From contig CM075985.1 of the NCBI GenBank assembly GCA_038087875.1, positions 8,494,001 to 8,558,000 of the forward strand: 64,000 nucleotides of DNA, read 5' to 3'. The position numbers and the translations under genes were made by a program. The stretch comes from Malacoraja senta. Lineage: Eukaryota. Shown here one piece after another: positions 24,923 to 37,906 of the stretch. The notes below the pieces were generated by a model that ran no database searches, was not told the DNA's origin, and worked only from the letters and a program-made list of their open reading frames with translations. The stretch's first letter is position 1, and each line of letters opens with the position of its first letter.

Positions 24923-26715
24923 AGTCCATCTGTTCCCATTCCCTATCACCCCCAATCCTCTTTCTCTATTCCCACACATGTGACGACGCCCTTCGACACA
25001 GGCTGCGGGGGTGGGGGGGAGGGGCTGGGGCTGTGGCTGCTGCAAAGGCATATGTAAATGGATCCATTCCGATTGGACATGTGTGAGCATCGGGCATTGT
25101 GACATCACACAATGGAAACGTGTCTAACATTCTATGGCTGAGAGCTGTTTGTTTAACATTTTGAAATGGGGTGGGGGGGGGAGAAGTATTTTATTTTAAA
25201 AAGTGTACACAAGCACGACCAAATTTAATCAGGAGTGTCTATTCGTACAGATAAATGTAATCTCTTTAGAAATGGTAAGAGATTTCTCCGTGCGGTATGG
25301 GCGTAGGGCGGTATCAAAGGGGCTGGGTGGCACAAGTCAAGCAGGCGGACGGACGGATGGACGGATGGCAGCCACAGAGTTTTATATAATAGATAGAGAT
25401 AGAAGATAGAAGATATATATATATATATATATAAGAAAGAGGATAGAATCTAGAAATGTAGATCTAAACTCCAACACTGGGACGGATCAGAACACACTCT
25501 GATTCTACCCGATTTTGCATTGTGGGAGGTGATGGCATGCAACAAGCCCTGCCACAGCTGTTGAGCGTCCTTCTGTAACTCCTGCTTAGTCCATAATAAT
25601 TGCTCCCATATTAAGGAAAAATTTAGTTCCGTTTGACATTTGCATGAACAGTGTCTTTGGTATTTCCTTTGACTCACAGTCTGTTTGAAAAATTCAGTAT
25701 AAATACCTCTGTTCCTTAAGATACACAGAGATATGAAGCTTGATTAGTGTTTGGTCTATCTTGGTTTACGATGAATTAAATATGTTTTGCTGCAGGTTTG
25801 GCAGCAAACATGCAATGTGGTAAAGTAACAAAAAGATAACTGTTAAGACAAAAGAAGTGAAGAATAGTTCTGGGTGAGAAGAATTACTTAGAATAGCGGA
25901 AATATTGGAATTGGTTTATTATTGTCACATGTATTGAGATATACGGTGAAATACATAATTTTGCGCTTTCCGATCAAATCATACTATACATGAGTACAAG
26001 CTTGCCATAAACAAGTACAACAGGTAGTGCAAAGAGAAAAATACCAGAGTTCCAGGCCAACATTATGGCATTACAATTACAGAAATGTAGGTTAAAGAAA
26101 GTGCAAGGTGTGCATAAGGGGAGAAGGCTTGCTTGTATCATGGACACGGTTACATCCACAACTCTCTGAAACTTCTTGCAGTCTTGGATAAAGTTGTTGC
26201 CAAACCAAGCTGTGAAGGATCCTGATAGAATGCTTTCAACGGCAGGTGGGCTAGCAGAGGAATTGCTGTTGAAACAACAGTCCACAAGCTATATTAATGA
26301 TTTTGATATTGGAACCAAGCAAGAACAGGTTTTCAATTTGCAGATGATACAGACCTGGGAAAAGTGTTAGGGACTGCTAATAACAAGATAAACGTCAGAA
26401 TGGCATGAAATGACAAATGATTTTGTACAAAGATGAGTGGATAGTATTAAGTTATGAGAAAACAATTGAAAAAAAATCATTTTGAAAATAATCAAAATTG
26501 GTTAATGGAATAAAGGGATCTGAAAGTATATATAGGTATAAATCAGAGATTATGAAGATTAATAAAACCATATAAAAAATAAACCAAGCAAATGGTTTAT
26601 GTCTAGAGGGCATAGAAAAGAAAAATATGATAAATTTTGGATTGTACATACCTGAAGTACTTACCTGCTTTATTTACTTTTGATCATTAAAGTTGATAAC
26701 AAAGCAAGGAAGATG

Positions 26716-26982
26716 TATTTAGAGATACAGTGTGGAAATAGGCCATCCACTGAGTCTGCACTGACCAACGATCACCCGCACACTAGTTCTCTCCTACACA
26801 TTAGGGACAATTTACGGAAGCTGATTAAACTATAAACCTGCATGTCTTTGGAACCTAGAGAGCACCTAGAGAGCACATGGTCACAGGAAGAATGTGCAAA
26901 CTCTGTACAGACAGCACCCGTAGTCCGGATCGAACCCGGTCTCAGGTGCTGTAAAGCAGCAACTCTACCACTGTGCGTCCCT
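26716..26982 (-). mobile_element. tRNA-derived SINE
   Basis: Same family as 22134-22443. Confidence 0.8.
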
Positions 26983-28336
26983 TAATTGATGACCTCAAGA
27001 ATAATACCAGACTAAGCGTCCATTTCAGTAAAGGACTATGACATTTGTACTGCTTTGGGCATGAAATGTTTTGGTTTGAATAATGTTTGACCCATATTGT
27101 GTCTTTGCATGTCTAATGTCAGTTTGTCTTTTTATTGAATGATGCAAGCTGAAGAGTGATCTATTGGATATTGATAAAAGTAAAGAATGCTTCGGTCTTT
27201 GAAGAAGAGCAAAACTGCCGGCTTCTACATCAGGTTATAAGAAATAAAATAGGGGATTTGGGAGAAATTACTTTGTTCATTGTCAGAATGTAGAATCAAT
27301 GATTCTTGAATTGTTTGCAGAAAGCCTGACAAGACCTCCAGAAGGATACCCAAGGTTATTTTCTCTGATTAGGACAAATCCTTGCAAGGAGCATTAATGG
27401 GAGAATAGATTGGTTGGCTGAATGGCTTTCTGTACTGTACTGCATGGTCTATGTAATTTCAAAGATCTGCGATCTTTAATTATCTGTAGACGACTACTCT
27501 TTCCAGTTTTTCACTTTTCCACTTTTCTGATATTTATTATCATCATATCAGAACATATATTGTCAGCATTGTCAGACAGTGAATTGAAGGTGGGGCAGAG
27601 AGTTTTGACTCGCAGTGTTCTTCCATTATGCAGCAGACACGTCAGGTTCATGACTAACTATCGATCTATTTAAAGAGAATGAACAAAATTATAGCCGCTT
27701 TTGCCAGTAAAAGTAGGTTAATGTTTTCAAAGAAATGTAGAGGTGAAGGGTATAAATTACATGAAAAAATCAGTTGTTTGGTTTCTGTGCTTGACTGACA
27801 GGTGAATTACCCAGTCATGTCTACTCTGGCTGGCTGTAGCAATGTTCCCAGATGCAGCCTATTATTATGACCTGATTGGTATTTATCAAGCAACAGAAAA
27901 TGTGCATCCCAGACTGACTGACGCACCCACTTCACTGAGTCAAGTCAGCTCATTCAATTAAGTATTGTGTAGATCTATTTACAGTATACATTGGGCTGTA
28001 TTTATGCTATTTAGAATCTCGTATCCATTTCAAAAGCACATTAAGTGGCCAGGCACAACAGATTTGTTTAATGTGGCTTAGATATGTTAAAAGACTAAGA
28101 ACAGTTTATGACATTACACCAAAGCCTCAATCAGCCTGAGAATATCAGATACATCACTAATCAAATGGTTCTGTGGTATATTTAGCAGTGATCATGTTTC
28201 AGAAGGTAATTCTATTGTAGTCATGCATCAAAAGATATATTTTGTTGTGTTGTTGGAGAATTGCAAAGATTTTAATTATTTTTAAAAAAACTGCTTTATT
28301 ATTTTTTCTCAAAAAGTACTCATTTCAGTTGGCTGG

Positions 28337-28495
28337 TAGACAAAAATGCTGGAGAAACTCAGCGGGTTTCTGAAGAAGGGTTCAACCCGAAACGTCGCCT
28401 ATTCCTTTGCTCCATAGATGCTGCCTCACCCGCTGAGTTTCTCCAGCATATTTGTCCACCTTCGATTTTTCCAGCATCTGCAGTTCTTTCTTAAA
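28337..28495. mobile_element. Penelope pLTR fold-back insertion
   Basis: TSD CATTT(C/T)AGTTGGCT at 28321-28334 and 28496-28509. Confidence 0.8.
28370..28396 (+). ncRNA. Minimal type I hammerhead ribozyme-like core
   Basis: CTGAAGA-A-GGGT.TCA.ACCC-GAAA-CG-TC; helix I not evident. Confidence 0.55.
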
Positions 28496-29269
28496 CATTT
28501 TAGTTGGCTTGTTGGTTTGTTTAATGAAATGTATGTTCTTCCATTTCCTGAAGAGATCATGCACGATGCAAGATGATATATTCTGGTAAGATGATGTATG
28601 AGGAGAGGTTTTTATTACTTATTGCCATATTTACTTAGACTTCTAAGCAGAAACTATCTGTGGGGAATGTGCCACCACAATTATCAATGTGACAAAATAA
28701 TTTTGCAAGTTGAGGTATAGGTTAATCTTATTGTTATACTTCGAGGCTTTGGATATAGACGCAAGAAAGTCATGCTAAAATTTACCAAAATGTTAATTAG
28801 ATCACAGGTGGAGTTTTCAGATTATAGCACCACACTTCAGGAAAGTTGTCAAGTCACTAGAGAGTCTAAAGATGAGATTTACAGAATGATATCAGTGATA
28901 GATATTCTCTTACAAAAAGTAGGAGAAAAGAGAGGTGAAAGTTTGGTTTTGCACCATTCCAGTTATATGAAATGGAATTATTGATGCAGATTCAATAAAC
29001 TTATAAAGAGGAATTGGGTAAAGTGCTAGAAAAATAAGGCTGGGAAGAGAATTGGATTGGTTCATTCTGCGAAATGACACAAGCACTATGGACGGAAACA
29101 TTTAATGTTTTTGGGCGTCTGATCTTCTGTCTTAGTATTGTACTATTCTTGTCTCCTAATTATTTCCCCACCTATTATTCTTCATCCTTATTATCTTTAG
29201 AATAAGTTCCACTGGGAGTGCTCCTGAGAATAATCTAATATTCACCAGTTTAGTAAACTTGGTTTATTT

Positions 29270-29990
29270 TAATTATTAGGAAATCTGTTGAGGTCAAGCA
29301 GGTTTTCTTGTGGGAACTTCAAGAATTTGGAAAGGCAAGATTCAGGGTAGTCAGCATAACTTTGTGTGTGGGAAATCACACAACAATTTGAGTTTTTTGA
29401 ACAGGTGACTGAGGATATTGACAAGGAGAGTGCGATAGACGTTGTCCTCATGGACTTTAGTAAAGCCTTTAGTAAAGCCTCTGACAATGAACCACAAGGC
29501 TGATCTGGAAGCCAGGATTGCATGGGATCCAGGGCAAGCTACCCAATTGCATAGAGAATTTGTTTAAAGTTAGGAGACGGAGGGTGGTGATAGAGGTTTG
29601 GGTTTTTTCACACAGGACACCTGTAACAAGCGGTGTATTTCAGGATTGGATGCTGATTCCACTGTTGTTTATTGTTTATGATTTGGATGTGAATGTAGTT
29701 ACCGTGGTTAATAAGTTTGCGGATAAAACTAAAATGTGGGATGTAGCGGACAGTGAAGAGGGTTATACAACAAGGGCTCGATCAACTGAGCCAGAGGGTG
29801 GGGAATGGCTGACGGAGTTTAATTCGCTTAAATGCGAGGTGTTGCATTTTGGTAGGTCAAACCAAGGTAGGACTTGCAATGGTAGGGCCCTTGAGAATTC
29901 TGTAAAACAGCGAGACCTAAGGGAACAGGTACATAGTTCCGCAGACGATGCAACATAGGTGGACAGGGTGGCGAGGGAGACATTTGGCAC
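29270..29990 (+). mobile_element. Old CR1 RT fragment
   Basis: HGIQGKL, VTSGVFQ, KFADKTK and KCEVLHFG remnants. Confidence 0.8.
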
Positions 29991-30048
29991 ATTTTCATTA
30001 TTTTACCACTGCAGTGAAAAAGGAATCTACGTAAACCCATTGTCAAGC

Positions 30049-30362
30049 TTTTGTTTGCTTTTGTTTAGTTTAGTTTTTGCGGAAACAGGCCCTTCGGCCC
30101 AGCCGACCAGCGATTCCCACATATTAGCATTATCCGACACACACGAGGGACATGTTTTACATTTACCAAGCCAATTTGCCTACATACGTGAGGACTTTGA
30201 AGTTTGGGAGGAAATCGAAGAACTTGGGAGAAACCCCACGCAGATCATGGGGAGAACGTACAACCTCCATACAGACAACACCTGTAGTCGAGATCGAACC
30301 CGGTTCTCCGATGCTGCAAACGCTGTAAGGCAGCAACTCGACCGCTGCGCCTCCATGCCGCC
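30049..30362 (-). mobile_element. tRNA-derived SINE
   Basis: Same family; TTTAG tail. Confidence 0.8.
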
Positions 30363-30374
30363 CTTGTTCTTGGA

Positions 30375-31096
30375 CGTTGAAAGCTTGGGGTGTTGCCTTT
30401 GTTCAAGTGTGATAGTGCCACCACCCTTAGGAGTGCACTCTTATTTAATAACATGCCAAAAATTGTATCTCCTTTTGATCTGAAGTGGATACTTTTGTTC
30501 TTGTGCTCAAGTAATTTTGTTCGCAGGCTTAATGCATTATTATACTGGTTTATTTCTGAGTGTATGAATATATTGAACATTAGTTGTGAGAATCACCTGG
30601 TTCTTTGGTACTGAATTCACACCACTGACAACTGATGAACTGCTGGCTCGAGGGGCCGAATGACCTACTCCTGCACCTATTGTCTATTGTCAGAAATACC
30701 AAAATAAGGCTTGGTTATCAGATCTACATGAACAATAAGTTCTTTGTATGAACTGTCAGTAAGGTGTACAAGGTGTGAACAGTCCTGTGCTGTCTTTAGA
30801 ATTAAGAATTTGAATAAAGTTAAGTGTGCCTTTCATCAGTTGTCAGTGGTGTGAATTCAGCACCAAAGAACCAGGTGATTCTCACAACTAATGTTCAATA
30901 TATTCATACACTCAGAAATAAACCAGTATAATAATGCATTAAGCCTGCGAACAAAATTACTTGAGCACAAGAACAAAAGTATCCACTTCAGATCAAAAGG
31001 AGATACAATTTTTGGTATGTTATTAAATAAGAGTGCACTCCTAAGGGTGGTGGCACTATCACACTTAAACAAAGGCAACACCCCAAGCTTTCAACG
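30375..31096. repeat. Long inverted repeat: 265-bp arms (30375-30639, 30832-31096) with a 192-bp spacer
   Basis: Arms are reverse complements with 3 mismatches by my count. Confidence 0.97.
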
Positions 31097-32329
31097 CCAT
31101 GTTCAATCAATATAGTTATCCACAATCAGTACCCCGTTCCTGCCTTCTCCCCATATCCCTTGACTCCGCTATCTTTAAGAGCTCTGTCTGGCTCTCTTTT
31201 GAAAGCTTCCAGAGAACCAGCCTCCACTGCCCTCTTAGAGACATAGTGTTGTAAAGCAAGGAAACAGGCCCTTCGGCCCGATTTATCCATGACAACCACG
31301 ATGCTCCAAGCTAGTCCCATTTGTCCATGTCTGACCCAAATCCTTCTAATCCTTCCCGACCTATGTTCTTGTCCAAATGTCTTTTAAGTATTGTTATTGT
31401 GCCTGCCTCAACTACAGTTGCCAGCCCATTCCATATACTCACCTCCTGTGTGAAAAAAGTTGCCCCTTTGGTCCCTATTAAATCTTTCCCCTCTCATCTT
31501 ATTATCATAGTAACAACCTGTGTTTCTGCCCTGGCCATCTATGCCATTCAAGATATCACAAAAATACGATGGCTATTGACTTGTTGCTATTTATTAGCCT
31601 TTGAGACTGTGTATTCTTTTGATACGATGAACTTCCCAACTTACAGCTGTTGCTTAGTGAAGCTTTTTAATAATGTTTTTAGGGATATTGTCTCTTATCT
31701 CATGCCAGTTTGGGTCATCGTGTAGCTGTGTTTATTTCAGAATCGTGATTACCTTTGGTCGTTTACTAAAACACTTTCTGATTTGAAATCCTGCAATCAT
31801 TCATTAATGATGATTCACTCCACTCCTTGAGTTGTCATTATCAATCTCATTGCTGAATTTTTATTAACATTATCAGAGAACTCCATAAACCATCGAGGTG
31901 GCAACCTCCAAATGTCTATTAAGGTTGCACACAATATTCATGCTTCTATTTTGTGATGGCTGCATCTTTGACTGCAACAGTTCAATCAATATAGTTGCCA
32001 TTTGGATATAACATGACAGGTTATAATTCCCCACATCAGTGGGTTGCCGTGTTTGATTTAAATGAATCGATGTCCTGTATTTGAACCTTATCATACCATT
32101 CAATTTCAGGGAGTCATTTTCAAATAGTGGTTGATTTCCTACCTTATTTTTCTATCTGTTTCCAATCAAAGGAGATGCCAAAGGAATAGAGGCAATGTAA
32201 CAGGAATTATTGAAGCAAACTAACGTTAGCTTGGAGACACGGGGGTAAAGCGTTCTGACCTGAAATGTCACCTATCCATGTTCTCCAGACATGCTGCCTG
32301 ACCCCCTGAGCATTAGAGCATTTTTTTTA

Positions 32330-32730
32330 GCATTTACAGAGTGTGGAAACAGGCCTTTCAGCCCACCGAGTCTGCACCGGCCTGTACACTAGTTCTAGTC
32401 CTACACACAAGGGACAATTTACAGAAGTTAATTAACCTACAAAACTGTAGGAAGGAACTGTAGATGCTGGTTTAAACCGAAGATAGACACAAAATACTGG
32501 AGTAACAGCTGAACAGGCAGCATCTCTGGAGAGAAGGAGTGGATGATGTTTTGGGTCGAGACCCTTCTTCAGACTGGAAGCTGCATGTCTTTGGAATGTG
32601 GGAGGAAACCAGAGGACCCCAAGAAAACCCACGGGGTCACAGGGAAACTCTGTACTGACTACACCCTTAGTCAGGATCGAACCTGGGTCTCTGGCTCTAC
32701 AAGGCAGCAATGCTACCACTGTGCTGCCCT
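32330..32730 (-). mobile_element. tRNA-derived SINE carrying a Penelope pLTR insertion (about 32448-32580), itself within an older pLTR
   Basis: SINE consensus is interrupted by GGAAGGAACTG..CCCTTCTTCAGACTG. Confidence 0.8.
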
Positions 32731-33752
32731 ACTCTAGCACTTTGTGTCTTTTTAAGGTTAGCTTATTGTTTGTTTAATCATGTATCGTTGCAAAGGAATA
32801 ATAATACAAGAATGAATTTCTGTGATAAGTCGTATTTAAACTTCTGATTTTTCTGTGCATGGAAACTTACACGTGTGCTTGATCACATGACTGGGCAGAG
32901 TGGTTTATTTGCCAATCTTCTGTCTTTTGCCTCCCTCTTGTGTTACTACCTCTAAATCTGCTATACAATATGTAAGACTGATGCTGTAAATTTTCCCCTC
33001 TTTGTTTCTTTCTTGAGCCCTTATGTTTTGCTTTGACGATCTTAACAATTTTGAGATTTCCACTTGGCGCAACTCAATAGATTGATGTTCTTCTTCAAGG
33101 TGTTAATGGAAGATGTGATACAGAGGAAGGGGGAATAAGCATGAATGACAAAAAATGAGGAAGTGTGGGGAATTAATTTTTGGAATTTGGCACAGGACAA
33201 TTCTGGATATTTGATTAAATTGTTTCATGTCAGCCATTAGAAAAGTGTCTCCCTGTTACAAAAGAATTAATTTTGCAGATTTTTAGATTGCTGTCACCAA
33301 AAGTTAATGTGAGTTTATAAGAAAAGAATTGTTCTTTTTAGAAGAGATGATTCAGCTAGAAAATCAGCAGATACCAAGTAACTTGACTTTCAAAATTCAT
33401 TTGACAAGGTCCCTTACAAAAGATATCTGAAGTGAAAGCTCATTTGGGGATTCGTGCAAAATCTGTAAGTTGAACAGAAAATTGGCCTGACAATAGGCAG
33501 CAGAATGTGGTTGTAAAGGGTAATTATTAGAGTTGAGTAGGCGTGACTATTGGGATTCCCATAGGGAAATATGCAAAGACTTGTGCCGTTTATTAATAAC
33601 CTTGACAAATGAACAAGTCAGAGCCACTAAATTTGCTGATGATACAAAATATCTTGCTTAGAATTGATGTAGCGCACAATTTTTTTGTTGATATATAGGA
33701 ACTTGATGTCTGGGGAAGTCTGTAATTATAAAACAAACATTTAAGTGCTTTA

Positions 33753-34535
33753 TGGGCCTGCCCCACTTATGCGACTTTTTAGGCGACTACAGGAGACTAT
33801 GAGATCGCCACAAGGTCGCCACATGTTCGCCAAAGGTTGCCGGGGTGTCGCCTGCATGGTGGTGAGTAGTTCTTCATTCTGGTCGCCGCTAATTTTTCAA
33901 CATGTTGAAAAGTTAGTGGCGACCAGAATTTTGACGCCATGGAGAGTAGCAAGAATTCTCGTGACGTAGGTGCCGTGGTAGTGGGTCGCCAGGTTGTCAT
34001 AGGTTGTCGTAGGTTTTCGCCACTGCTGACCGGTGAATTTCATTGGCTCATTGGGGGGAAAAACGTAAACAGTAGTTTTCAGAACCAAGGATAACCGACC
34101 GGTAATCTTAATATCCGCCGAGTTTCACAGCCGTGTATCTCTGGCTTCTTAAAAGTTGTCTCCACTCCTTCTCCCCCCTTCTCCACCTTTCTCCCCCCTC
34201 TGCCCCCCCCCCACCCCCTCTTTTAAAAGACTTACGTGACCCTTCCCGTACACTGTGCTTTCACCTTCTTAATTACAATGCCAACCTTCCTGTTCATCGT
34301 GGTGTATGTCTGTATCACATTGGCTTTGCACCGTGTGAATTTCACTCAGACAGCGTTCCCCCCGCTTGCCCTGTCCCCCTCCTGCATAACTGGCTGCTGA
34401 AGGAAGCGATGTGTGTATGTTTGTGTGTGTTCCACTCTGACAGTCGCCGTTCCAGTCGCCGTTTTTTCAGCGACCTGCTACGACTTGACAGTCACCGGCA
34501 GTCGCCTGAAAAATCGCCTAAGTGGGACAGGCCCA
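33753..34535. mobile_element. Harbinger-type element, family A copy 2 (reverse orientation)
   Basis: Same TIRs; flanks TTA/TTG. Confidence 0.85.
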
Positions 34536-36924
34536 TTGTATACCTTTTTGTGTTCACAGGGAAGGATATTGAGAAAGTTGTGCACTTAAGTGTCTTGCTC
34601 GCTGTCATTCAGTGTATGATCAGCAGGGTTTTTAAGAGCAAATTAATGGCAACCAGTCCTTAAGGCCAAATGTGTATTCTGTTGGTGTGCATTGTTTGAG
34701 AGAATTATCAAGAACTATGTACTTCTGATCATTATTTCAAAATGGTGGCATTTTCAAAGGCTATTAAAGGCAACCAACGGATGAGATGAAATCAACACAT
34801 GTTTTTTAGTTAAGTGAAATGGTTCAAATGTTCACCCTGTATAATTATGAGTGAACAGAAAATTGGTGTGACATGGAGTGCAGCATTTAATGCAGACAAG
34901 TGATGGAAAATGTGGTGCTTTGCTAGCAGGAGCTTTATCAGAGGAACAAGAGGGTTCTCAGCTTCTCATCAATCACATAGGAATAGTCATTGGAAGAACC
35001 CTTGCTTTTCATCATAAAACATTAGTGGCAACACTGCCCCCTTCCTCCCCTTGCAAAACAGCCGCAAATTAGCAGGAGTGGACTACTCAGCCCCTTGAGT
35101 CTGCTCCACATTGAATTAGATCATGTCCACTCTACAAAAACTCCTAGAACCTTGCATGTTAAGACCTTGTATATTTTACATGGTGATGATCCTGAAAAGA
35201 TCTATTATTTTTAATAACATAATTTTTAATAATGTTATTTTACTTAAAATACGTATACTTTGTTTTTGTTTTTGACTGGAATTTCTGTTCCCAGTAATGT
35301 AACCAGAATATTTACATCTGATTTGTGAATTGTCACTTGAAACAGTTTTACGCAATGCGATCCCCTATGTTAATTAAATACTTGCAGGTTAAATAACTGG
35401 TGTGGAGGGGTTTACATTCAGGAACAGATGTTTAATGGTTGAGTCTCAAGTTTGGTGCAGTTGATTAAAGGGATTGGAGGGAAACACATTATTAGAAACC
35501 TTTCAAACTACAGAAGGGCAAAAATCGTAAGTAGGAAGGACCATTGGGATCCTTTTCCAGCCTGTTCCAAACGGCGTCAGTCCATTTACAGATGCTGCTT
35601 GGCCTGCTGAGTTTGCCAGTAGTTTGTGTTTTTAGGTTTAGGTTTATTATTCTCATGTGTACCAAGGGACAGTAAAAAGCTTTGTTTTGCTTGCTATCCA
35701 ATCAGGTCAGATAATACTCAGCATAAATACAATAGAAAGGCAATGTGCAAGATACCGAGTGCAGAATATAGTTCTCAGCATTATAGTGCATCAGTTATAT
35801 AGATACTCTCTTCTTCTGATAAAGCTCCTGATAGCAAACTACAAGATTTTCCATCACATAACTGCATTAAATGCTGCACTCCATGCCAGGCCAATTTGCT
35901 GTGCCCAATGGAATTTATGGAACTGTGGTCGCTGGTCCCAAGAGGCTTCACTGACACTTCAGTCACTTGCCCATCCCAATTTCTGAAGAGTAGGTCAGGC
36001 TCTGCCTCCTCCCTTGTAGCGCCCTCTACAAATTGCCAGAGGAAACTTTCACTTGACAGATGCCACTGTATCTAACCTCTTGGCATAATGGCAGTCCCAG
36101 TCGATATTGGGAAATCCCCATCTATGACAACTCTATTAGTCTTGCAGCTGTCTGCAATCTCCTGGCATATTTGTTCCTCTAGTTTCCATATTTGGGGGCC
36201 GATGATACAATCCTAATAAAATGATCGTCCCCTTTTTATTGCTCAGCTCTATCTATCTAGCCTCACTTAACAATCCCTGAGTAATGTTATCTCGGACTAC
36301 TGCCATAATGATCTCCGTAATAAACAATGCAACTCCTCCTCTTTTATCCCCACCTCTATCTTGCATGTAGCACATGTGCCCTGGAACATTAAGCTACCAG
36401 TCCTGTCCCTCCAAGGTACTCAGATCAACAACCATCATTATTGTCTTGCTGAGACTCTAGGTTGTTGTTCTGACATCAGGACACAAGGCTCCCTATTTCT
36501 TTCCTGTAATTTGTCTCGTCATTGTTGATCACAGCAGTGGTATCATTGGACTTAAAGATTGAGTTGGCTCTGTATTTGTTCACACGGTTATGGCTGCACA
36601 TGGAATAATAATAATAATAATAATGGATTGGATTTATATAGCGCCTGGTATAGTGCAGGGGGCTGAGCACGCACCCTGAGGTGCAAGGAATATTGAGAGT
36701 TAGTGTGGTGGAAATGTTATGACAAATGATTGAAACTTGCTGGTCAGGGGTCCAGATGTCAGTTGCATTTTATTTAGGTGTTTTAAGGCTGAGCTGAATA
36801 ACATCCTGACGTGGGTGTTCTTATTGTCAAGGTGATCCAGAGATGAATGTGGTGGTGCAAGGAAGATGGTGTCGTCTTTAGACCTATTTTTGTTGTAAGG
36901 GATCTGGATTATTTTGGAGACTGG

Positions 36925-37127
36925 TGTGTGGGAAAGAACTGCAGGTGCTGGTTTACACAGTAGATGGACACAAAATGCAGGAGTAAGTCAGCGGGCCAGT
37001 CAGCATCTCTGGATAGAACGTGATGTTTCGGGTCAAGTCTGAAGAAGGGTCCTGACCCGAAACGTCACTCAATCCTTATATCCAGAAATGCTGCCTGTCC
37101 TGCTGAGTTACTCCAGCATTTTGTGTC
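36925..37127. mobile_element. Penelope pLTR fold-back insertion
   Basis: 15-bp TSD TATTTTGGAG(A/G)CTGG at 36910-36924 and 37128-37142. Confidence 0.85.
37039..37066 (+). ncRNA. Minimal type I hammerhead ribozyme-like core
   Basis: AGT-CTGAAGA-A-GGGT.CCTG.ACCC-GAAA-CG-TC-ACT; 3-bp helix I AGT/ACT. Confidence 0.6.
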
Positions 37128-37314
37128 TATTTTGGAGGCTGGCCCGGATGTGGACCATTACCACCCTTTCAAAGCACTTCATTATGGTTGATGTTCGAGC
37201 TACAGGGCAGCAGTCAGTGCTCATTGTACTTTATCCATAGGCTGTTATATGAAGGACCTTGACTAAGTAAGCTGCTTTAGGGGAAGATGTGTTTCTCAGT
37301 TGATCTCAACTGCT

Positions 37315-37537
37315 TAGGAAGGAACTGCAGATGCTGGTTTAAACCGAAGATAGACACAAAAAGCTTGAATAACTCAGCAGGTCAGACAGCATCTCTGGAG
37401 AAAAGGAATAGGTGACGTTTCGGGTCGAGACCCTTCTTTAGACCTGAAGAAGGGTCTCGACCCGAAACGTCACCTATTCCTTTTCACCAAAGATGCTGTT
37501 TGAACCGCTGGGTTACTCCAGCTTTTTCTTTCTGTCT
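37315..37537. mobile_element. Penelope pLTR fold-back insertion with back-to-back hammerhead motifs
   Basis: About 95-bp inverted arms; TSD TTGATCT(C/T)AACTG at 37300-37312 and 37538-37550. Confidence 0.85.
37444..37471 (+). ncRNA. Minimal type I hammerhead ribozyme-like core
   Basis: CTGAAGA-A-GGGT.CTCG.ACCC-GAAA-CG-TC; the mirror copy on the minus strand has CTAAAGA. Confidence 0.55.
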
Positions 37538-37906
37538 TTGATCTTAACTGTTACTGTCCTTGAGAAATAGGAGTGTCTTTCACGAACCATGGGGACAGCT
37601 GGTTCACTGGAGAATTTGGTACTTTCATACAGTAATTAACAGTTGGTTTTCCATGTCCATCTAAAATTATATACATGCATCTGATTTTAATTTACTTTAA
37701 CTTCAAATGAAGTGCACGGGAAGAATGAATGAATAATTTACTTTTTTCTTTAAAAAAAAGTATATTCTGGCACAATTAGCCTGCCCTTGAACCAGTTAAG
37801 AATATTATTTTATAAGGCAATAACCTTTGTATTAGTATGCTCATGTTACAAAATACTTGTGTTGCAAGAAGTATTCCTGCAGGCTGGGAAATATTTCAGA
37901 TCTTAA

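Larger units (their letters stand above)
23619..25393 (-). mobile_element. Non-autonomous Helitron
   Basis: Minus strand starts A|TCTATTATATAAAA and ends with hairpin CAGACCC-AAC-GGGTCTG then CTAG|T; no TIR or TSD; embedded in (TA)n. Confidence 0.8.

Noticed and set aside
23844-25108. Pro/Ser- and Gly/Glu-rich ORFs
   Set aside because: Low-complexity purine tract.
30390-31115. Two nearly identical 74-aa ORFs on opposite strands
   Set aside because: By-product of the inverted duplication; no recognisable protein.
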